Source of the DNA: Octopus bimaculoides
Lineage: Eukaryota
DNA: 56,495 nucleotides
Direction of reading: 5' to 3'
NCBI RefSeq assembly: GCF_001194135.2
Contig: NC_068990.1
Location: 30,626,368-30,682,862, forward strand
The notes beneath the pieces are model-generated. The model was not told the origin of the DNA. It worked only from the letters and a program-made list of their open reading frames with translations, and searched no databases. This document shows, in pieces, positions 9,849 to 22,800 of the stretch. The first letter of the stretch is position 1; each line of letters opens with the position of its first letter. Made by a program: the position numbers and the translations under genes.

Positions 9849-12639
9849 CACTACCAACAGAGACTAAATATCCATGAAATACAGTACTGGCAGCAGATAT
9901 TTGCAAGGCTGCAATACTTCATAACAAAAGGTGTAAAGAACCCTCTTGATACCATCTCACCTGGTACCACTCCTCGTTCTATGATACAAACTTTCCCTTT
10001 TTTTAAGGTGTTCTGAATGAAAACCCACCATAAAAATTTTGTGTTAAGTCTTAAACCCCAGTTTAACAATATCAAAGTTATTTCCTTAAATGTCTAAGCA
10101 GCTAAGTATTCCAGGCACCCTTATCACAATTCTTCAAATTATATGTAGAAGCCAGAGAGAATAAAAAGGGATGTCTCCACACACCCACCCATACTGGAGC
10201 CTAGTGCAGCTCTCCGGCTTACCAGCCCCAGTCAAACTGTCTTTACCAATGCTAGTATGGAAAAACGGACACTAAATGATGATGACGATGATGATCCTAA
10301 AAGACAAAGAAAGTTTATGTCAACCTCAGCAAGATTTGAACTCAGAGCTGGAATGAATACAAAGCAATCTAGCAAACCTTCTAACAATTTTGCAAATTGT
10401 TGCCTAGGCTCAAGACTACACTGTAATCATTACAGTATAATGGTATTGTAGTGATACCAAGTGGTGTGGTGTGGTATGTGACAGGTTGTAAAGTTGCAAT
10501 GTTGGTTGTTATGGTAACAGCAGTAACATTGCAATGTTATCTGTGAGAGTGAGAACGGCTGTTACATTACAGCTGTAGTAATATGAAAATGACTTAACTA
10601 CATTGTGGTGGTCATAACAGTTCGGTGAGGGATGAAGTAGGACAAAACCACTGCTGCTTTAATTGTCAGTGTAGTGTCTGTCAGATCACCTGAAGCAAAA
10701 CTACACTAAAACTACAACAATAGAATACATATTAAGACATACCACATGAATCCAACATCTAAGACATATTACGGCTTTAATTCAGGATTACTCTGCAAAT
10801 TCTATGAAACTATTGTTAATAAACATCGGTAGATTAATGATACACAAGTAACAGATCAAATGAATAAAAGTAAATTAATTCACAACACTGGACACTCAGG
10901 CTGATGTTAGGATCAAGATTTACACTTCTGGTCTTATGATCTGGGCTGATGCAACAAATGTTATGCAGATTTTGGTAATGTATTCAAAGACAGAAATCAT
11001 TGTTGAGGAGTCCCAACTAACTCAGTCAATGAGAACTGGTTAAATTCTTTGAGTCTGCCTCCTGGATCAATCTTATCAAGTATGCCAAGCTTCTGTATGG
11101 TCTAAGATCTAACTGCATACTATATTATACAAAGTCTTGATGCATCCAGTGCAATCTGTGAATACAGTGGTAATGGTGGTGATCTTAATAGAAAAAAACA
11201 AAAGCTTGCAATGCCAACAAACGATAGTGATGACAATGATGATCACCATCACCATCATCACAATTGCTGTTTCTTTGTGTTTACTCAGATCTATGTAACT
11301 AACTGACCATTTGGCAATTCTATTCTGATTATTTAATATCTGCTAAAAAGAAGAGAAGAGAGAAGACAGAGATAACTTGAGTGCTTGAAGGATTTCAAAA
11401 CAGATCACTCATTGAAGTTGGACAATAACATCATTACCTTCCGAAATTTACTGAAATTGAACACAGGGTCTGGGTTTTGACCCAAAAGCACAATTCTTAA
11501 GTTTGCAGCTAAATCTGACCAACAGTTCAAAAGTTACTGGCAAGGTCATTTTAAGGTCAGCTGTTGACCTTTCATTATTCAGATAACCATAACTTACTCC
11601 TGTTGCAGCAGCAGCATAAAATAAAAGTATCCATGTTTGGAAATGGAATGACTCGAAATTCCCAAACTGTCATTAATTTTGATATAAAATGGAAAAAAAA
11701 AATTCATTAATAACTGAATGTTTAAGGTAACTATTTGATTTCTTGGTGATTGGATTTTGGTAAAATTCCTTAATGATAAAAATGTTCCCCTAAAAGTTTC
11801 CTATTGTAATCAACTTTAAATTTACCGTTTCCTTCCACAAGTCTTGTACTGTCATTATTCCTATTTTGCAAAGCTATAGTGAAAGATTATAGTGTAGATC
11901 ACGGTGCTTCTAGGCACAAGGCCTGACACTTTGGGGGATGAGGATAGCAGATTTCATTGATCCTGTGGCTCACCTGGGACTTAATTTATCAATCCCTGAC
12001 AATAATATTGAAGAATTAATCTTTGGCAAGCAACAGTAAGAGACAATTCACAAATGGAAGACAATGAAGATTCACGTGCCTCATCTTAAGTCTTTCCAGT
12101 TGTTCAAATATGTCTTCAAAAGGATCTAGACAGTTTTCCAAGGAAAGACATACACTATGAGAAGAGTCTTCCCTACTTGGAAGATAGTCCAATTAAAACA
12201 AAGCCACTTTGATACAAATAAAACTAATTAAGTAATAATTATTATCTTCTTTGTTGATAAGCTAATATAATTAAATAAACATTTGCACATTAAATAATAC
12301 TTAGCATAAACCTATACAGTTCCTCATGCGTCTATTATAGCTCTATTGAATAAATAACAGTCTTTGTAGTTGATATTCCTTAGTGTAGGCCACTAAATAA
12401 AACATAAAACATAAAGCAGTGTTTTTCAACCATTTTTTTTTTTTATCTATGGACCCCTTGGATTACTATTTTATTCTGGTGGACCACCACCCACTAGCCA
12501 TTCAATGTTTAATTTGTTTTCTGTCCATCCACTTGTGTAGGTTTGCAGTTATAGTCTCTAGGAGAACATGATTCAGTGGCCAGAAACATGTTGAACTATG
12601 TAAAATGTGAGAGAAAGAAATGCTACTGGGACCTCATGG

Positions 12640-12945
12640 AGGTAGTGACAGGTGACCAAGACCCTTGGCGATATGCCATGCTTATGTTGACCTGTCAAGC
12701 CAAGTGAGATTATAGCCGTGGCCAATGCCAGTATCAGGTCAATGGCATCCATGATGGTGGTGTCTAAAAAGCACTCACTACACTCTCGGAGTGGTTGGCA
12801 TTAGGAAGGGCATCCAGCCATAGAAATCTTGCCAAATCAGATTGGAACCTGGTGCAGCTCCCCAGCTTACCAGTTTTCATTCAAACCATCCAACCCATGC
12901 CAGCATGGAAAGCGGACGTTAAACAATGATGATGACAATGAAAGA
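12640..12945 (+). mobile_element. RTE LINE 3' tail
   Basis: CACTACACTCTCGGAGTGGTTGGCATTAGGAAGGGCATCCAGC...GACGTTAAACAATGATGATG. Confidence 0.8.
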
Positions 12946-13490
12946 AATCTAGCTATTTCGTACAATAAATACATTTAAAGCAAAATTTTTNNNNNNNNNN
13001 NNNNNNNNNNNNNNNNNNNNNNNNNNNNNNNNNNNNNNNNNNNNNNNNNNNNNNNNNNNNNNNNNNNNNNNNNNNNNNNNNNNNNNNNNNNNNNNNNNNN
13101 NNNNNNNNNNNNNNNNNNNNNNNNNNNNNNNNNNNNNNNNNNNNNNNNNNNNNNNNNNNNNNNNNNNNNNNNNNNNNNNNNNNNNNNNNNNNNNNNNNNN
13201 NNNNNNNNNNNNNNNNNNNNNNNNNNNNNNNNNNNNNNNNNNNNNNNNNNNNNNNNNNNNNNNNNNNNNNNNNNNNNNNNNNNNNNNNNNNNNNNNNNNN
13301 NNNNNNNNNNNNNNNNNNNNNNNNNNNNNNNNNNAACCACTGATATAAACCTTCAAATATTTTCAGAACAATATAAAGAAATCTATAGAAAGTGTATATA
13401 TATGGAGTAAAACATTCAGATAGTGGTCAGTCAACAAGACCTTGCTGCCATGACCAAAACCATTCTGAATTACTTCACTATTAATATTAA

Positions 13491-13530
<40 letters not shown>

Positions 13531-14234
13531 TTATTCTACACACTGCCATGTAGTTAAGTGTATGATTATGCCAAAGTTCCCAAGTATGTAGTTTCAAGGT
13601 TAACACCAATTAATAACATGCTTAGAAAGTTGACATTTTATGACTAGCCCAGCTATCGACTCACCAGCGACTTTTTACATGTAATTCGATGCTCGAAAGA
13701 ATGTCTCCATTTCTGCTCTTGTAAATGGTGACAATGATAAAACTTGAAGTTTTAACTTGCTGCTTTGTGTTGTGTTTAACTTATCCTTGAGCTCCATTAT
13801 GACAAGTTCACCATCACCACCACCTTATGTCTGCTTACCCTGCTGGCATAGATTGGGCAAGTTGTCAGAATTCAAGTTAGTTCTTATTCAGTTATTACCC
13901 TCATAGATCAAGGGACCACATTTTGTTCATACATACCACTCTGACATGGCTTCTTTGACTGGATGAGGAATGCTCTTCCTAACACCAATCACTTTACAAG
14001 AATGTACAAGAAGCATTTTAATGTGGGACCAGGTTGTGATGTTCCACACAAAACTAAAGAACCCTTCTACCCTCTGCTCTCTCTTGTCATTTGCCAACCA
14101 CTTTATGGTCTGCTGAGAAGATTTTGCTGTTCTACCAGCACCAGCCCTAAAGGGGTTATCTCTGCAAAGACTAAAGAGTTTGGTTTAACATAACCTAACT
14201 TTCACAAAGTAAGGATTGCACCTAGAAAGTTACC

Positions 14235-14560
14235 CTCTGAGGTAAGGTTGTTTGTAGAAGGCCAGCAGTCGCCCATGCATACCAGCCTCCCCTCTCCACA
14301 CCACTGATGTTATCCAAGGGAAAGGCAAAGGGGCCGATACTGCTTGGCACCAGTGATGTCACAACTCATTTCTACAGCTGAGTTAACTGGAGCAACGTGA
14401 NNNNNNNNNNTGATGTCACAACTCATTTCTACAGCTGAGTTAACTGGAGCAACGTGAAATAAAGTGTCTTGCTCAAGAACACAACACGCAGCCTGGTCTA
14501 GGAATCAAACTCACAACCTCATGATCGTAAGCTCGACACTCTAACCACTGAGCCATGCGC
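14235..14560 (-). mobile_element. SINE family E (family-C-type head with a different 3' tail)
   Basis: Head and core are shared with family C (GAAGGCGCATGGCTCAGTGGTTAGAG...CTTGAGCAAGACACTTTATTTCACGTTGCTCCAG). The tail ...CCCCTTTGCCTTTCCCTTGGATAAC... is unrelated to the family C tail. Confidence 0.7.
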
Positions 14561-14619
14561 CTTCACAAAGTAATAGTATATAATAACATGATAGTTCCAA
14601 AGTGAACTGAAGCATTGAT

Positions 14620-14890
14620 AGATTGCAAAAAGCACCTGGGCTGGTACCACATAAAAAATATCCCCCCACCCAAGCTGGAGCCAGGTAAAACACTCACATA
14701 TAACACACCTGTGCTGATGCAATGTATAGAGCATCCACTCGACACTGTAAAGTGGTTGGCATTAGGAAGGATATCTAGCTACAGTAACCATGCCAAAAGA
14801 GACAACTGGAACCTGGTGCAGCTCTCCAGCCTTGCCAGCTCCTGTCATATTGTGTAACCCATGCCAGCATGGGAAATGGTGATGATGATT
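14620..14890 (+). mobile_element. RTE LINE 3' tail
   Basis: GTGGTTGGCATTAGGAAGG...CCCATGCCAGCATGG...GATGATGAT. Confidence 0.7.
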
Positions 14891-15352
14891 CAATCCATCT
14901 CTATTTCAGAATTCTAGAATGAAATGATAAAGTGCAGCTGTCTGGATGCAGGTAATTTGGCATGGCTGACTGGATATTCAGCCTGTTTTGACAAAAGTAA
15001 TCTTGAGTTCCACACACAAACACAGAACAATTTATTAATTGAACAGAATTGATGTAAATACTTTTCCTCTCCTCAAAGAGAAATATGCTCAGCGCACACA
15101 CATAACAGAGGCAGAAAAGAATAAGAGTCACATAAAAATGTCTCATGTCAATAAGTCAACATCAAATCAATGATGTCAATTATGATGATACAAAAATGAC
15201 TGTGCCAAAACATCTCATACCTTTAGAGATCAGTTTGAGCAAAGCTGACGGAAGTTACTTGACACCAACACAAACAACAACATCAATCAGCATACTATCT
15301 CTAATGATGCAAATAAGTGAAAAGAGGTGAAAATCATTATACAAACACTCAC

Positions 15353-15461
15353 TTATAGATAAGTTTCTTGCCCTGTTTTCTCCGCGTCATGAGTGCATAG
15401 CACACTCCTGTTGTATTACATGTGCTTGTGTTTGTACATTCATTACAGGAACACAACAAAC
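15353..15461 (-). CDS. TGFBR1: Type I receptor coding exon 2 (first half of ectodomain)
   Basis: Encodes (G)LLCSCNECTNTSTCNTTGVCYALMTRRKQGKKLIY(N), with the CxCxxC start typical of type I receptors. Acceptor ctttctctttgtattacag, donor AA|GTGAGT, phase 1-2, 109 nt. With exon 3 it gives the canonical 10 Cys. Confidence 0.92.
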
Positions 15462-16142
15462 CTGTAATACAAAGAGAAAGACACAAAGTTGCAATAGTAT
15501 CATTTGTAAAAATAAAATTAAAATTAAATATGTCATTGTGTTTAGTTTTAAAGAGAAACCAGGGGGGGGGGCGAACCAATAAAATATTTGGCCCACCTAA
15601 AAAAGCCTGGTTCTGATATAAAATGAAGCAAAAATAAAAACAACATTGTAAATGAAACAAGAAGCCTGTTTCCCATTGATGAATGATAAGACATGCCTCT
15701 CCCATTGTGCAACAAGCAAGGTAGGATCACTGGGATTTATTGTGAAAACCTGGTCAGTGAAAATGTTTGTCATACAATAAAATATTTGGGTGTCGTATGT
15801 ATTTCTGTTAATCTGCACTCATCAACCTGAAGTGTTGTGTTTACTGGAGAGGAAAAGAAGAGTTAGTGGTGTGGGTGGACNNNNNNNNNNNNNNNNNNNN
15901 NNNNNNNNNNNNNNNNNNNNNNNNNNNNNNNNNNNNNNNNNNNNNNNNNNNNNNNNNNNNNNNNNNNNNNNNNNNNNNNNNNNNNNNNNNNNNNNNNNNN
16001 NNNNNNNNNNNNNNNNNNNNNNNNNNNNNNNNNNNNNNNNNNNNNNNNNNNNNNNNNNNNNNNNNNNNNNNNNNNNNNNNNNNNNNNNNNNNNNNNNNNN
16101 NNNNNNNNNNNNTATATGTATATGTATATATGTATGTACTGT

Positions 16143-16520
16143 GGCACTCCATCGGTTATGATGATGAGGGTTCCAGTTGATCTGATCAACGGAACAGCCT
16201 GCTCGTGAAATTAATGTGCAAGTGGCTGACCACTCCGCAGACACATGTACCCTTAATGTAGTTCTCAGGGAGATTGAACGTGACGCAGAGTGTGACATGG
16301 TTGACCCTTTGAAATACAGGTACAACAGAAACAGGAAGAAAGGATGAGAGAAAGTTGTGGTGAAAGAGTACAGCAGGGTTTGCTACCACCCCCTGCTGAA
16401 GCCTCGTGGAGCTTTAAGTGTTTTCGCTCAATAAACACTCACAACAGCTGGTCTGGGAATCGAAACTGCAATCCTACAACCGCGAGTCCACTGTCCTAAC
16501 CACTGGGCCAATGCACCTCC
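16143..16520 (-). mobile_element. SINE with family-C 3' tail and a distinct head/middle
   Basis: The tail matches family C; the tRNA-like head (GGAGGTGCATTGGCCCAGTGGTTAGG) and the body differ. Confidence 0.65.
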
Positions 16521-17399
16521 ACATATATATGTTTGTAAACAGCCTAAACAGAATGAGGAGGATAAGAGAGAGAGAGAGAGACAGTTTGAGAACATAAGCT
16601 ACAAGAGGTAAACAAAAATTCAAAAGGTAATGGACAAAATGTAAACACAAAAGAATGAACATAAAAAAATGTTTCCAGTGAATTGTGTGTCAAAAGAAAG
16701 GGAAAGACGCAGAAGAATGTTTCAGTGGAACATGAGGGCATAATAAAAGAGATTAAGGCAAGAAAAAAGAAACAAGAAAAGAAAGGATACCTGTTTCAAG
16801 CACCTTTTGACTACATGCTGTAGACTCTCTCTCAATACGTACACACACACACATGCTTGTGAGAGAGAGAGGGAGGGAGAGAGAGTAATGTATATGTTGA
16901 GACAGTCATTGCTATATGGTTGAGAAGCCAAGATGGATTACAGTTTGATAAGTTGAAGACCTCTTAACCTACAACAGTTCAAGTGACTGTTTATATATGC
17001 TACCTATTGTATTTTTATCTCATATGTAAATGGTCTTTGTACAACTATTTATAGTTATATCTTCATGAATTATTTACAGAATAACAAAAGCATTGCCACC
17101 AAGGGTAGAAACTGACGCTAACCTTTTGTAGCCCCTTCAAGAAGGGGGGAAAAAATAATGATGAATATGGTGGTCTGCAAGAGATAAGAGTTTGGTTTTA
17201 ATCAGGGCCAGCAGTGAGATTATACTGAAAGGGTCACTAACAGAGGACATGTGTTTCAGAGAAACACAACAGACAACAATGAATAATGTGTGACTGAAAG
17301 AAAGTTGGCCATTGCCCAACAAACGAGTTTTATGTCCCTGCATCAAGAATTCTGTAAAATATCTTGACATCTTTGTAGAGGTGCAAGAGTAGCTGTGTA

Positions 17400-17640
17400 G
17401 TAACTGGCTTGGCAATGCTTCCATATGGTGTTACCTGTTCATGATAAACTGTCAAGGCACAGAAGTGCTGTCTTGGCGACATGTCCAAGGTGCGGGCAGA
17501 ACAGGGAAACCGTCTTGCACGCATTTGTGGAGTGTCCGGAATTAACGGGACTGATAGCTTTTGCAGAACAACTGTTGTCATCGATGGGAAGAGTACAGCT
17601 ATCAGCTGAGTCTATCATCGAGATTGTGCCACTTCCTTTT
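17400..17640 (+). mobile_element. L1/Tx1-clade LINE ORF2 C-terminal fragment (zf-RVT)
   Basis: LPVHDKLSRH...TCPRCGQNRETVLHAFVECP matches the C-x2-C...ETxxHxFxxCP zf-RVT motif. Confidence 0.8.
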
Positions 17641-17796
17641 AATTTTTTTATTGTAATCACAATTTTTAATCGCATTTCACCGTTCATTTAAAACAGAACT
17701 TTTAATCAACAAAGCTTCTTCACCCTTTTATGTTTGTCTGTCCTTGTTTGTCCCCTCTGTGTAATGCCTGCATGGCAAATTTTTATGAAATAAAGA

Positions 17797-17931
17797 AACT
17801 TGCTTCACAACCACATGGTTCTAGGTTCAGCCCCACTGCATGACACCTTGGGCAAGTGTCATCTGCTATAAAAGACACTTGGTCAAAGCCTTGTGAGTGG
17901 ATTTGGTAGATGGAAACTGAAAGAAACCTGT

Positions 17932-17969
<38 letters not shown>

Positions 17970-18195
17970 TGTGTGCACATGTCTTTCTGTCTGTGTTTGT
18001 CCCCTAGTACTGCTTGACAACAGGTGTTGATGTGTTTATGTCCCCATAACTTAGCGGTTCAGCAAAAGAGATTGACAGAATAAGCATCAAGCTTTAAAAG
18101 AATAAGTACTAGGGTTAATGATCCATTTGACTAAACTTCTTCAATGCAGTGCTGTCCCAGCATGGCCACACACAGCTGACTGTAAGAAGTAAAAG
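17797..18195 (+). mobile_element. SINE family B (tRNA-like head, internal (TG)/(TA) microsatellite)
   Basis: CCAACCACATGG..GGTTCAG.CCCACTG...CCTTGGGCAAGTG...GGAAACTGAAAGAA(repeat)...CCAGCATGGCC tail. Confidence 0.8.
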
Positions 18196-18509
18196 TAAGG
18201 GATATTGTGAGTTTGACGAGTTGGGTCAAGATGAGAGAAGTGCTGGACACAAAAAAAACCCTGCTGGAAGTATGGGTGTCACATGTCCCCATAGATCAAG
18301 AATATTTGAAACAACTCCTGTAGGGAAATGTGTCATTAAAGGCAATATCACCTCTTAACAGGATCAATATTTTACTTGAAAAAGGGACAAAACTTGCCAA
18401 CGTTTATCTCATCGTTATAATGAAGACATTTTCTTAGAGCAAATTGTACAGTTATGAACATTTATTTATTCAAGAAATTTAGGAAGAAAAACATGTAAAT
18501 TTTTCTTAT

Positions 18510-18872
18510 ATCTTTTAGTTGTTTCAGTCATTAGACTGTGGCCATGCTGGGGCACTGCACTGAAGAGCTTTCAGTCAAGTAATTGACCCCAGTACTTACA
18601 TTTTTAAAGCCTGCTACTTATTCGTATTAGTCGCTTTGCCAAATTGCTAAGTTATGGGGGTGTAAACACACCAACACTGGTTTTCATGTGATGGTGAGAC
18701 ACACACACATATATATATAACAGGCTACTTTAGGTTTCCATCTACCAAATCCACTCACAAGGCTTTGGTGAAGCTGAGAGGCTAGAATACAAGAAATTTA
18801 CCCAAGGGGGCCAAACAGTGGGATTGAACCTGGTACCATGTGGTTGGGAAGCAAAATTTTTAACACAGCCAA
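18510..18872 (-). mobile_element. SINE family B copy
   Basis: Reverse complement of 17797-18195. Confidence 0.75.
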
Positions 18873-19889
18873 AAAGGAAAAAAACACTTTCAGTCAGTTT
18901 TGTCATTTTAAAAAGAAAATTGTGGAATATGTTGAATGAATAGATGATGAAGGCACTAACAGGAACCAAATGTATTGGGAAAAAGCAAGAAAAATTCATG
19001 TTATTTCAAGTTAAATTTTATAATATCAGTTTAAAAAAGGCAATGTGGATATTGGTAACAAAGTTCTGTTAATTCCAAAGAAATATTACTTATTTACTGA
19101 ACAATTCTTTCTAATTGAATTTATATTTTCTGTTAACACATCAAACGGTTGTGTAACAATGTGGAACGACTGCAGAAAGACTGACAATGATGAGAAAAAT
19201 TCCATAACACAACTGATTCTAGAAAAGATAAAAAGATCAAAATCCAAAGGACCTGGGGGTGGTTTACGTCAGTAAAATTTGTCATCATTGTCACTGTTGA
19301 ACGTCCACTTTTCCATGGGTTTGAGGAATTTATCGAGGAAGATTTTCTACAGTTGGATGCCCTTCCTGTCACCAACCTCCACCTGCTTCCAAACATGGTT
19401 AATATTTCCATAGCCAGATGTACAAGACGGGAAATAAACAACTTTGCTTGTATCCTGAAGCTACTCCTTTACAACCATCAGGTGATGTCAAAACAGGAGT
19501 GGTACTGAAGGAGGTGGATTTGTGCCAGGTGATGAGAGGTTAGAGTATGACAGAGGGACAGAAACAGGTGTCCTGCTGTAGAGAAGATACATGGTAACCT
19601 CAATCAGAAAGATAGGGGGGAGTGAGAGAGAGAGGGGGAGCAAGAAAGATGGTGGCAATGTGCCAGGACATACTCTCAAGCCATGAGGATGTGAATATCA
19701 ATGGGATGGTAGAGGACTGACCAGAGTGCATGAGTAGGTAATTCATGTGAATGCAAAAGATAGCAGTGGGCAGGGAGGAAAGGATTGGGCTGCAGGAGAG
19801 GGGAGGGAGAGATAAGCATAGCGCATGAAGAAGAGATGTGAGGAAGAGGAGAGGTAGTTTGGTTTATTGGGGTAAGGTGTGTGAAAAAA

Positions 19890-20600
19890 TGTTACATGTG
19901 AGTGGAACACAGTACTTCCAGAACCTCATATTGCCAGATATCTCAGTCTGTTGTCATCTCGTCTGTGAGGACCAACATCTTGAGATTGGCCCTCACTACT
20001 TCATCCCCTTCCATAGATGCCATCCACTTTAAGCGATCAGCACTTCTTTATACAGCTGTCTTCATTCATATGCATTACATGTCCAAGCCAGCAGATTCTT
20101 CTCTTATCCATGCTGCATCTGATTCTTCTTCTGCCCAACTTTACTCTCAGTCCATTTACACTTTGTCATACGTGCACACTGATGTTTCAGATCCATTGGA
20201 GCATACTAGCTTTGTTCTTCTCTAGTCTAGTCATGTCTTTTGCATTCAGAACCCACAACCATGGAGTATAGCTGTTCATACACAAGCCTCATACAATTTG
20301 CCTTTCACACTGAGAGAGAGTCCTTTAGTTACCAACAGAGGTAATAGCTCTCTGAATTTCCTCCATCCTTTTCTTAGGATTCTTATTCTTATTCTAGCAA
20401 CAATACTTTCAGAACATCCTCCACCACTGATAATTTGGTCACCTAGGTAATAAAAACTATCTACAACCTTGAGAGAGCCTCCTGGGCATTTGAGAGAGTC
20501 TAATTCCCATATGTCTTTGGTGCTTATTGTTCCTTAGCATCTGCCCCATACAAAGACGTCTTTCTCTATTAACCTGCTTGTAATTCCACTGCACTTTTTA
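19890..20600 (-). mobile_element. RTE LINE ORF2 C-terminal fragment, degenerate
   Basis: Minus-strand frames give LDSLKCPGGSLKVVDSFYYLGDQI, GWRKFRELLPLLVTKGLSLSVKGKLYEACV and WLGHVMHMNEDSCIKKC, with stops. Confidence 0.8.
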
Positions 20601-20601
20601 A

Positions 20602-21090
20602 ATGTCCATAGCTTGCAAGCTTCTTTTAGTTTTCGTCTACCAAATGACCTGCAAATTTGCAGATACACTTAGTTCGGATATTGATGTAATTTTAGTGGCA
20701 AGGGAGACCCTCATCTCCTACAATGAGTGTGATTGGCAGAGAGTTGATTCCACCAATTTCTTCGATATAACCATGGGGTCATCGGATTCTGCACAGGTGA
20801 CTGACTTAGTGGGCCTATACCTCCTTTCGCAGATTAAGGATAGTTTTCCTCTCCTCACTGGGGGACTGTATAGGGATGATGCACTTCTAGCTGTATGTAG
20901 CCAGTCTAAAACTGCATTGAATAGAATGAGAAAATACCTGAGAGGTTTCTTAAAGGATTTCTTTAATCTTAACATTATATTTGATATTAACTCCAGAGTG
21001 GTGAATTTCCTGGACGTTACATTATGTTTGGATATGGGTTTACACTACCCATTTCGTAAGCCAAACAAATCCATATCATATATCAAAAAT
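20602..21090 (+). mobile_element. Penelope-like element reverse transcriptase fragment
   Basis: Open frame with FFDITMGS-DSAQVTDLVGLYLL, GLYRDDAL, VVNFLDVTLCL and YPFRKPN-SISYI, the motif order of PLE RTs. No GIY-YIG domain is visible. Confidence 0.8.
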
Positions 21091-21189
21091 TGTCAGCTGA
21101 AGGTGAAAGAGCTTGTTGGAGGTTGGCAAGAGAGGTTTTCGGAGGTTGGCGAGGAAGATTGTCAGAGGTTGCTTTATTAATAGGATGAC

Positions 21190-21194
<5 letters not shown>

Positions 21195-21236
<42 letters not shown>

Positions 21237-21390
21237 CAGGTTTCTTTCAGTTTCCATCAACCAAATCCACTGACCAGGCTTTGGTTAACTCAGGCATATA
21301 GTAGAAGACACTTGTCCAAGGTGCCACAGAATGAGACTGAACAGAAAACCATGAGCTTGAGAAGCAAGTTACTTAACGACACAGCTACAC
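21195..21390 (-). mobile_element. SINE family B head half with (TA)n
   Basis: TTTCTTTCAGTTTCCATC...GAAGACACTTGTCCAAGG reverse-complement head. Confidence 0.7.
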
Positions 21391-21631
21391 CTCAAGTACA
21401 GAAGTGTTAGCACCAACTTGTTGCTGACCTCTGCTCTTCCTCACTACTAGCACACTTTATACCACTCATACCACAACATAATCAAGAGACCAATTTCTAC
21501 CTTACCCTCATCATCCCCAAATACTTTTACACCTCCATATCAACACTCTATCCACTCTCTTCTCAACAACATTTACCTGGAACTCTCTTAATGCCAACAT
21601 TTAACCTCTAAACACACTGAAAGTTCTTAGT

Positions 21632-21860
21632 TTAGCCATTTAGCATTCAGATTACTCTGTCAAATGTGAAGCTTATTGATTCACATTGTTTATAATAAAT
21701 CATGTATCATCTTGTAGCTTCAAGATTTTGATGATGTGAGAGCTTATTTTAAGAATAACATTGTAAGGTAGGTGTGAGAGGCTGAATCTGTCCATTTTGA
21801 ACACAAATCAGGTAAAACATTTGGGCTTGACATGGCCTGGTTTAAATGCTAAGGGGTTAA
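21632..21860. mobile_element. piggyBac-like MITE copy
   Basis: ttagCCATTTAGCATT ... AATGCTAAGGGGttaa; homologous to 6619-6842. Confidence 0.7.
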
Positions 21861-22624
21861 AGTTGAGCTCCTGTGTATGTGTGAAGGTTTGCTATTTCAA
21901 TCTGAGTGAGTTTGAAAAGTTTATAAGCAATGCTCCTCTACTGATTTAGGGGAAAATAAACAAAGGAAAACCCAACTGCTTCTACTAAAAATTGAATCAA
22001 AAATTAATATTTCCATCAATATTATATCTAGTTTACATGTCTCTTCATTGACTTTCTTTCTATTTTCATCTCTCTCCACACACACACACACACAGATAGT
22101 GCATGACATCTTCATGAATGATAATCTATTAAAAGAAACATACAACTGTTTGTCCTTTTGTTTTCTAATTGCAAATATTCATCAAAAATATCTTACAAAA
22201 GTTAGCAGGTTCAGTGTTGAAGTAGCAGTTAATTACATATGGACAGCAAGGAGGAGTTTCACAGTGCACTTCCCTTTCACTGCTCCACAATTATACCAAA
22301 ATATATAATCACTCAAACACATTATCTTTTATTTAGCAAACAATATCAGTTTTCTGTACTTGTCAACCCTTGGCCACAACTTCTCATCACCTGACTAATC
22401 TCTTACCCTCAAGCTCTACCTAGTCCTTACAAACTTCCTCTTCGTACCTAGACCTTACACATGTCCCCTGTCCTACTAAAGCCTTACAAACCAAGCTCAT
22501 TTTACAAACATGAGAAAACAAATGTAATTTCTTCTTTTTTAGGATAAATAATGTTTTTAGAAAATTCCTTCATACAAACTTATTTATATGAAAATCTGAG
22601 CAAGCACAGGCGTCTTGAATAAAT

Positions 22625-22800
22625 GACTAAGGCATAAATGACTGAGTGCTAAGTGGTTTGCTTCCCAGCTACACAGTTCCAGGTTCAGTCCCACTGTGTG
22701 ACACTTTAGACAAGTGTCTTTTACAATAGTTCCAGATCGACCAAAGCCTTGTGAGTGAACTTGGTAGATGGAAACTGAAAGAAGCTTGTTGTGTGTGCAT
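22625..22800 (+). mobile_element. SINE family B head
   Basis: GGTTCAGTCCCACTG...CCAAAGCCTTGTGAGTG...GGAAACTGAAAGAAG. Confidence 0.7.

Noticed and set aside
11598-11666. 69-nt in-frame candidate cassette exon with a GTAAGT donor
   Set aside because: The acceptor lacks a polypyrimidine tract, the sequence overlaps a (GCT)n run, and the insert would disrupt the disulfide-bonded domain.
13640-13760. Strong donor G|GTGAGT at 13665 in a small CpG-rich patch
   Set aside because: No convincing upstream acceptor and no receptor-like peptide in the compatible phase.
14354-14457. 47-nt direct repeat flanking a 10-N gap
   Set aside because: Identical overlap on both sides of a minimal gap is a typical unmerged-contig artefact.
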